From Oopsacas minuta (taxonomy: Eukaryota; Animalia; Porifera): a stretch of DNA of 64,000 bases. The position numbers and the translations under genes were made by a program. Shown in pieces: positions 58,664 to 64,000 of this stretch. The stretch covers positions 496,001 to 560,000 of the forward strand of contig JAKMXF010000088.1 of assembly GCA_024704765.1 (NCBI GenBank). The letters are read 5' to 3'. The notes beneath the pieces are model-generated. The model saw nothing but the letters and a program-made list of their open reading frames with translations. It was not told the origin of the DNA and did not search any database. Position 1 is the first letter of the stretch; every line of letters starts with the position of its first letter.

Positions 58664-59887
58664 TTAACTGAATATTTGTAGACCGTAGTTCTCATTCCTT
58701 GACACACTAACTAATCTCCCGTTTGGAGTTATAGCTATTCCTTTGGGGTAACATAACATTCCTTGTTGGTGTCCATCTGTTCCTATCTTGTGCAGGAGAT
58801 TGCCTTCTGGAGAGAATACCCGAATTGTGTGAGAGTCTTCATCGCTAATAACAAAGTTATTAAGTGAATCTAGACAGAAGAAAAGAGGGCATAACACATC
58901 CATTCCTAGTCCACTGGTAATAAGGGAGTGTAGCTTGTGTCCTTCTAGGGTTAGCACGTGCATACAGGGTTTGTTATATGGGCACAGTATGTACACGTGG
59001 TCACGTGACACTTTAACATCAAATGGTTTTGTCATAGACTGATGAGTAATGTTACGGAGATGGTTCAAGTCCGTGTCGTGTACGCTGATTCTGTCGTTAC
59101 CCCTATCTGCTATAAACACGTGACCGATGGGATCTGTTGTTAGTTGACGAGGGAAATTGAATTGTCCGTTGTTTGATCCCACACTTCCTATCTTCCTAAC
59201 AAGACTCATATCAGTTAGTGTGAATTGGTTAATAGTGTGATCTACACAGCAGCTGACATACACATTCTCTTCATGTATAGCCATACCCCATGGCCCATTC
59301 AGTTGTCTTACACCCAGCTGATTGAGGTACTCTCCTGTATCAGAGAATATCTCTATTCTGTCATTGGAATAATCAGCTACGAATATTTGGTTAGTAGCTT
59401 CATGTATAGCTACACCATGTGGAGAATTCAACTCGCCAGGACCTGAACCTTTCTTCCCAGTAGCGACAGTAGACGTCTGGAATGTGGAATACTTTGGTAG
59501 ATCTACTGGTTCTTGCATAATATCTCCCAGGCGGGAAATACAAATTTCTAATTCACGTGTGTCACACTGCCACTTTAATACGCTCTCTACAGGAATGTTG
59601 TTACGTAGATCTCTCAATTTGTCCTCCATCTCTTTGGTAATTCTCTCCTGCATGGACTGGAGGGGATTTTCCTTCAAATGTCCCTGTAGGTATGCTTGAG
59701 CCTCTGTCAGTTGTGTAGTCATTCCTTGTAGAGCGATCTCTGCGGCTCTTTCATCTTCTCGCATGTTGTGGACTTGTCCTAGCAGCTGAGCTCTACGGAC
59801 GTTCAGTAGCTCTATGAGACCATCTATTGTGTAGTTAATGTGTGTCTCTATGGGGTCTACGACTTGAGATGGATCTCGGTATGCCAT
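58664..59887 (-). CDS. Coiled-coil plus NHL-repeat beta-propeller protein (TRIM-NHL-like, no RING/B-box)
   Basis: Repeated G..G...G.(L/F)N.P.G(I/V)A motifs and IFVAD..N.RI.IF; intronless. Confidence 0.85.
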   Translation of the reverse strand: MAYRDPSQVVDPIETHINYTIDGLIELLNVRRAQLLGQVHNMREDERAAEIALQGMTTQLTEAQAYLQGHLKENPLQSMQERITKEMEDKLRDLRNNIPVESVLKWQCDTRELEICISRLGDIMQEPVDLPKYSTFQTSTVATGKKGSGPGELNSPHGVAIHEATNQIFVADYSNDRIEIFSDTGEYLNQLGVRQLNGPWGMAIHEENVYVSCCVDHTINQFTLTDMSLVRKIGSVGSNNGQFNFPRQLTTDPIGHVFIADRGNDRISVHDTDLNHLRNITHQSMTKPFDVKVSRDHVYILCPYNKPCMHVLTLEGHKLHSLITSGLGMDVLCPLFFCLDSLNNFVISDEDSHTIRVFSPEGNLLHKIGTDGHQQGMLCYPKGIAITPNGRLVSVSRNENYGLQIFS

Positions 59888-60630
59888 TACTTAACAATAA
59901 TTATTTGATAATAAATAATAATTTGGTTAAACTACAAATAGAATAAATCATTTCAAATTTCAATTATGGGTGAATTATAATCAAATTAAATATTTGCTTT
60001 GTCATTGAAAGACAAGTGACCGTTACGCAGCAGGGGTTTATCTAGGTGCTTGGCTGGCAGACTGACTGCCAATTTAGGGGTGCACAGTATTTTGAAATTT
60101 TAGCGCCACTGGACCCTATTAACCCAGACACCCTAAAGTTCTCGCGCTCACAACGCTCAGGCTTAGCCACCTCTTCCTTTGAACAATCCTGGCTCCGCCC
60201 CAGGCTAAGTGGGTAATAAATTTCACTTTTTACTACCGAGTATAAAGCGGATATCCGCGCTCTATATTGTAGGTAAAACTTTAATATTAAAATATGTATA
60301 AGAATACATTTAATAGGCCAGCTCTTATGTTGCTAGGATGAGTCATTCAGGAATGTATTATAGATTTAGAGGGTAACGAATTCTGTGGGAGTGAGAGTTT
60401 GCATCTCTGATTTAATTACGGCCTATGCGTTACGAGCGTAACGAATCGGAACACCAATTATTTCGCACCACGTTTGAAAAAATTTCGACATTTTTACACT
60501 TTTTGTGCATTCAAAAATTCCAAATTTTACCAGCCTTAAACGTATAATAAAGAAGAGCATTACTTACGTGTTAGAGATTAGTAGAAAACTAAACTAATAG
60601 AATATATCGTATATATACTCTATACTATAC

Positions 60631-60822
60631 TGCAGGTGTTATAGCCTGTATAATACAAACCTGCAGGTGTTGTAATTGGTGCAGTCAAACCTGCAGGTGT
60701 TGTAATTGGTGCAGTCAAACCTGCAGGTGTTGTAATTGGTACAGTACAAATATTCAGGTGTTATATATATAGATACTGCAGGTGTTACAATTAGTTTAAT
60801 ATAAGCACTATATTGCAGGTGT
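60631..60822 (+). repeat. Minisatellite-like cluster of TGCAGGTGT(T), with three near-perfect 30-bp units
   Basis: Motif at about 60631, 60662, 60692, 60722, 60755, 60777 and 60815. Confidence 0.85.
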
Positions 60823-61123
60823 ATAACTACGGTAATAATAATTATATTATTACAGTTGCAACACCTGGTACTAATCAATTCATATATATACGAGTATAAT
60901 TCTCTATTTACTACCCTCCGTCGTTAGTTCGCACGTACGTACATACGCTTCTTCGTTCGCTATTTTATGGTTCGCTGATGCTGCTTCTTGCTACTGACTG
61001 TTTTCAAATCCTCTCAATTAGTTGCTATCGGCTTGCGGAGGTCGAGACCAGCTCGTTGTTGGGATGATTTCAGTTAGGGGTGAGAGGGTCCGCCGGTATT
61101 AGCGTTCCATTCGTTAAAAAATT

Positions 61124-61537
61124 CGTCGTTTCGTCGTTTCGTTGTTTCGCCGTTTCGTTGTTTCGTTGTTTCGTTGTTTCGTCGTTTCGTTGTTTCGTCA
61201 TTTCGTCGTTTCGTGGCTTCTTTCTTCTTTGTCGTGGTGCTTCTTCTTTCTTCGTTTCTTTTCTTCGTTTCTTTCTTCGTTTCTTTTCTTCGCTTCTTTC
61301 TTCGTTTCTTTCTTCGTTTCTTTTCTTCTGCTGGTGATCTGGTGTTCATCTCTTCAATTCTTCAATCTTCAATTCTTCAATTCTTCAATCTTCAATTCTT
61401 CAATTCTTCAATTCTTCAATCCTTCAATCCTTCAATCTTCAATCTTCAATCTTCAATCTTCAATCTTCAATTCTTCAATCTTCAATCTTCAATTCTTCAA
61501 TTCTTCAATTCTTCAATCTTCAATTCTTCAATCTTCA
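61124..61537 (+). repeat. Composite simple-repeat tract: (TTTCGTYG)n, then (TTCTTCGTTTCT)-like units, then (TCTTCAA[T])n
   Basis: Directly visible; explains the spurious F/S/R/K-rich ORFs. Confidence 0.9.
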
Positions 61538-61574
61538 AATCTTTTTCTTCTGCTGGTGATCTGGTGCTCTGGTG

Positions 61575-61918
61575 ATGTACAGATCCAACGCGGTGTCTAG
61601 TGCTGTCTCTTGCTCTATAACTGTTTTCAAACTCTTGATTAGTTGTGATCAGCTTGGAGAGGCTGTGATCAATAAGTTGAGGGGGAGATTTCGGTTGTGG
61701 AGTAAGGGAGTTCTCCCGGTGCTAGTCATTGTCGTTGCTACTCCTCATCGACAGATCCAACGCGGTGGCTGGTACTGTCTCTTGCTCTGAGCCGTAATCA
61801 AACTCTTGGAGACTTGTGATCAGTTTTGGGGAGGCTGTGATCAATGAGTCAAGGGGCCGATTTCGGTTTGGAGTGGGGGAGCTCTCCCGGTACTGGTCAT
61901 TGTCGTTGTTCATCGCTT
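61575..61918 (+). repeat. Tandem duplication of a ~175-bp unit
   Basis: Both units start ACAGATCCAACGCGGTG and share CTGTCTCTTGCTCT, GAGGCTGTGATCAAT and TCATTGTCGTTG; a third degenerate copy lies near 60975-61040. Confidence 0.85.
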
Positions 61919-62547
61919 CAATCTTCAATCTTCAATTCTTCAATTCTTCAATCTTTTACTTGAGTCCGGCCGGCTCAACTGATACGTTATGCGAACTCTA
62001 CAGTTCGGGTGGTGGTGGGGAAAGGTACGGAGTGTGTCCCAAGTGCACTCACAGCCCCAAGACACTAGGCTGCAGCCCTGAGGGACTACCACAAAGATAT
62101 GAATATATTGCTATTATTTACAATATATGAATGTTGTAACATTGATAAATACAATTAAATATAACAACCAACATTTGTCACTATTTCTTATGTAATGGGA
62201 TAGATTATACGTAATGGCTTGCTGTATTATAATTTATGGACTAACAATAAGCCAATTCATAGCGTTAATTCTTATTTGAATAATTCATAATGGAGGTTCT
62301 TATAACATATGGGCATCCTCCTTCTTATACTGCCAGTGTTTCATCCAGACGTTTTGGCAAGGGGTGGAGGACTAAGACCTCCCCAGCATAGGCGTAGCTC
62401 TCAATATTTTACGAAAGTAAAACTGGATAAAACGTAAATATTTCCAATAATTTTAATTTAACAGGAGTACGTATTCTATAATTACTAATAAAGTTCTCTC
62501 AAACACTGAATACACAACAAAATACGAACAATACAAAGGTGAATACT

Positions 62548-63387
62548 TCAATTTCTAGGTCTCTGTGACTTTGACCATTCAACCTTTAGTATCAAATGAT
62601 CATAAGCATGTCCATTGAGTTTCTGTATAACTCTCTCTCCAATTTCTCTACGCTGAAATGTAGCGAACGCAACTCCTTTATGAGAATCTCTGTTTCGTCT
62701 ATCTTTAGGCATGTGTAGTCTGTTTAGCCGTCCAAAAGCTATAAGTAATTCCTTTACATCTTGTTCCGTAGTGTCCAATGAGAGATTTGATATCTTGACG
62801 GCAGGCTGGGGGTCATCCAAGTTGTACCCGCCACCACCTACCCCAGGATTATACCCCGGCCGTGTATGCGGGAGCGTATAAGTACCAGGGAGTGCTTTGG
62901 ACTGTTCAGTGGGTTGTGTGGGTATCTCCGTTTTTGATTCGTTTTTGGCAATATCTTTGATTTTATCGATTAAGCCGCTTAGCTCTTTGGGGATTCCTAA
63001 TTCGAGTTCATCTTTGTTTGTTGTTAGACGGAAACAAATTTCTTCTGATTCTTTAGTTGTAGCCATATCTACTCCATCTTTATCATGAACCGCTTCTCCG
63101 AATTTTGTCCATTCTCTTCGGAGAGCTATTCCCTTTGGGACAGCTGTCTTTTCGATTTTGTAGGTCCGTGTGATTTTTTCCTTTTGGTTCTTAGCGTTGT
63201 AGCGGTAGGAGATCTCGGTACGGATGCCTTTTCCCTCGTCGATATGGTTTTGGGAGTCAGGAAGGGTCGATTTGGAAGGTTTCCCTTCTGGAGATATTCT
63301 GTCCATCTCATCAGCCCAATCGATACGTCCTGTATCGGGGGACCACTCACTGTCGTCTGCGGTAAACATATTTTGGTTGGCTGCCAT
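62548..63387 (-). CDS. EIF3G: Translation initiation factor eIF3 subunit G, intronless
   Basis: DWADEMD, KITRTYKIEK..VPK.IA.RREWTKFG, C-terminal RRM ...YDHLILKVEWSK. ATG at 63387. Confidence 0.88.
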   Translation of the reverse strand: MAANQNMFTADDSEWSPDTGRIDWADEMDRISPEGKPSKSTLPDSQNHIDEGKGIRTEISYRYNAKNQKEKITRTYKIEKTAVPKGIALRREWTKFGEAVHDKDGVDMATTKESEEICFRLTTNKDELELGIPKELSGLIDKIKDIAKNESKTEIPTQPTEQSKALPGTYTLPHTRPGYNPGVGGGGYNLDDPQPAVKISNLSLDTTEQDVKELLIAFGRLNRLHMPKDRRNRDSHKGVAFATFQRREIGERVIQKLNGHAYDHLILKVEWSKSQRPRN

Positions 63388-63561
63388 TGTGTCTTGTTTA
63401 TTATAAATGTTTGTAACGAACTTTGTATGAATAATTAATAAATTGTGAAGGATTAAATACACACACAAACATTATTTGAATTCAGTAAATAAATATATAA
63501 ATACAATAATTCATTCAAACACAAATACAAACACAAACACAAACACAAACAAACAAACAAA

Positions 63562-64000
63562 CTACATATCGCCTGGAGTGATATCACCAACTCCAGCCCC
63601 AAAAGCGAGGGGACCGAATTCAACAGGTTTGAATTTAGGGGTCTTACGAGATTTCTTTCCAGAGCGATCCCGTTTTAAGAGGGGAGGGAAGTTTCCCTTT
63701 TTTACCCCTATCGTATAGAGAGTATACACCTCTAGGTATTGTGGAGATTTCAAATACTTCACGAATAGATCGGTGTTATTTTTCATTGATTCGCATTGTT
63801 CACGAAGCGGATCGATTAACGGATTATCGAAAACGCGAAAAAATGATTTCTCAGGGTTTGAGAAATCAAGTAGGCCGAGATCAGGCGGAAGGATATGTAT
63901 TTGGTTACCATTCAAATGCAATTCTTTGAGCTTAGGAAGTCTTCCTATATCCACAGGTACATCACGGATATTGTTATCTCTAAGGACTAAAACTTCTAAT
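63562..64000 (-). CDS. RSU1: Ras suppressor protein 1 (LRR), 3' part; continues beyond the window
   Basis: LRDNNI...IGRLPKLKELHLNGNQI.ILPPDLG.LD...NPLIDP..EQ...Y...Y basic tail. Confidence 0.8.
   Translation of the reverse strand, partial: LEVLVLRDNNIRDVPVDIGRLPKLKELHLNGNQIHILPPDLGLLDFSNPEKSFFRVFDNPLIDPLREQCESMKNNTDLFVKYLKSPQYLEVYTLYTIGVKKGNFPPLLKRDRSGKKSRKTPKFKPVEFGPLAFGAGVGDITPGDM

Noticed and set aside
60631-60822. CRISPR-like repeat-spacer appearance
   Set aside because: Conserved core is only ~9 bp, several spacers are identical, context is eukaryotic and no cas genes are present.
61074-61600. ORFs rich in F/S/R/K in the ORF track
   Set aside because: They are translations of simple repeats.

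Overview
This is AT-rich, gene-dense eukaryotic (animal) genomic DNA. It has short spliceosomal introns, many intronless housekeeping genes and introns full of miniature inverted-repeat transposons (MITEs). The style suggests a compact early-branching animal genome such as a glass sponge; that is inference only. I found no prokaryotic features, CRISPR arrays, rRNA/tRNA genes or autonomous transposase. About 22 genes are recognisable: TBCC, an orphan coiled-coil protein, RIOK3, ANKRD27/VARP, PTDSS2-like, ABCD3, ETFB, U2AF2, BORCS6, CFAP73/CCDC42, TAF9, USP31/43-like, MSMO1, CKS1, actin, a MATE transporter, a frizzled-like receptor, RNF115/126, an NHL-repeat protein, EIF3G and RSU1. The most striking locus is a ~13-kb minus-strand gene (about 40041-53214) that the ORF track shows only as fragments. 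Spliced by hand it encodes a tyrosine kinase with an unusual (PUB)-TK-RA-PH-PH-Pro-rich-WW-WW layout. It has an AT-AC minor-spliceosome intron in its catalytic loop, and two of its introns each hold a complete antisense gene (actin, MATE). A third nested gene, BORCS6, lies in an intron of U2AF2. At least seven MITE families are present, including two nested insertions. Exon boundaries were read by eye and are approximate unless stated.
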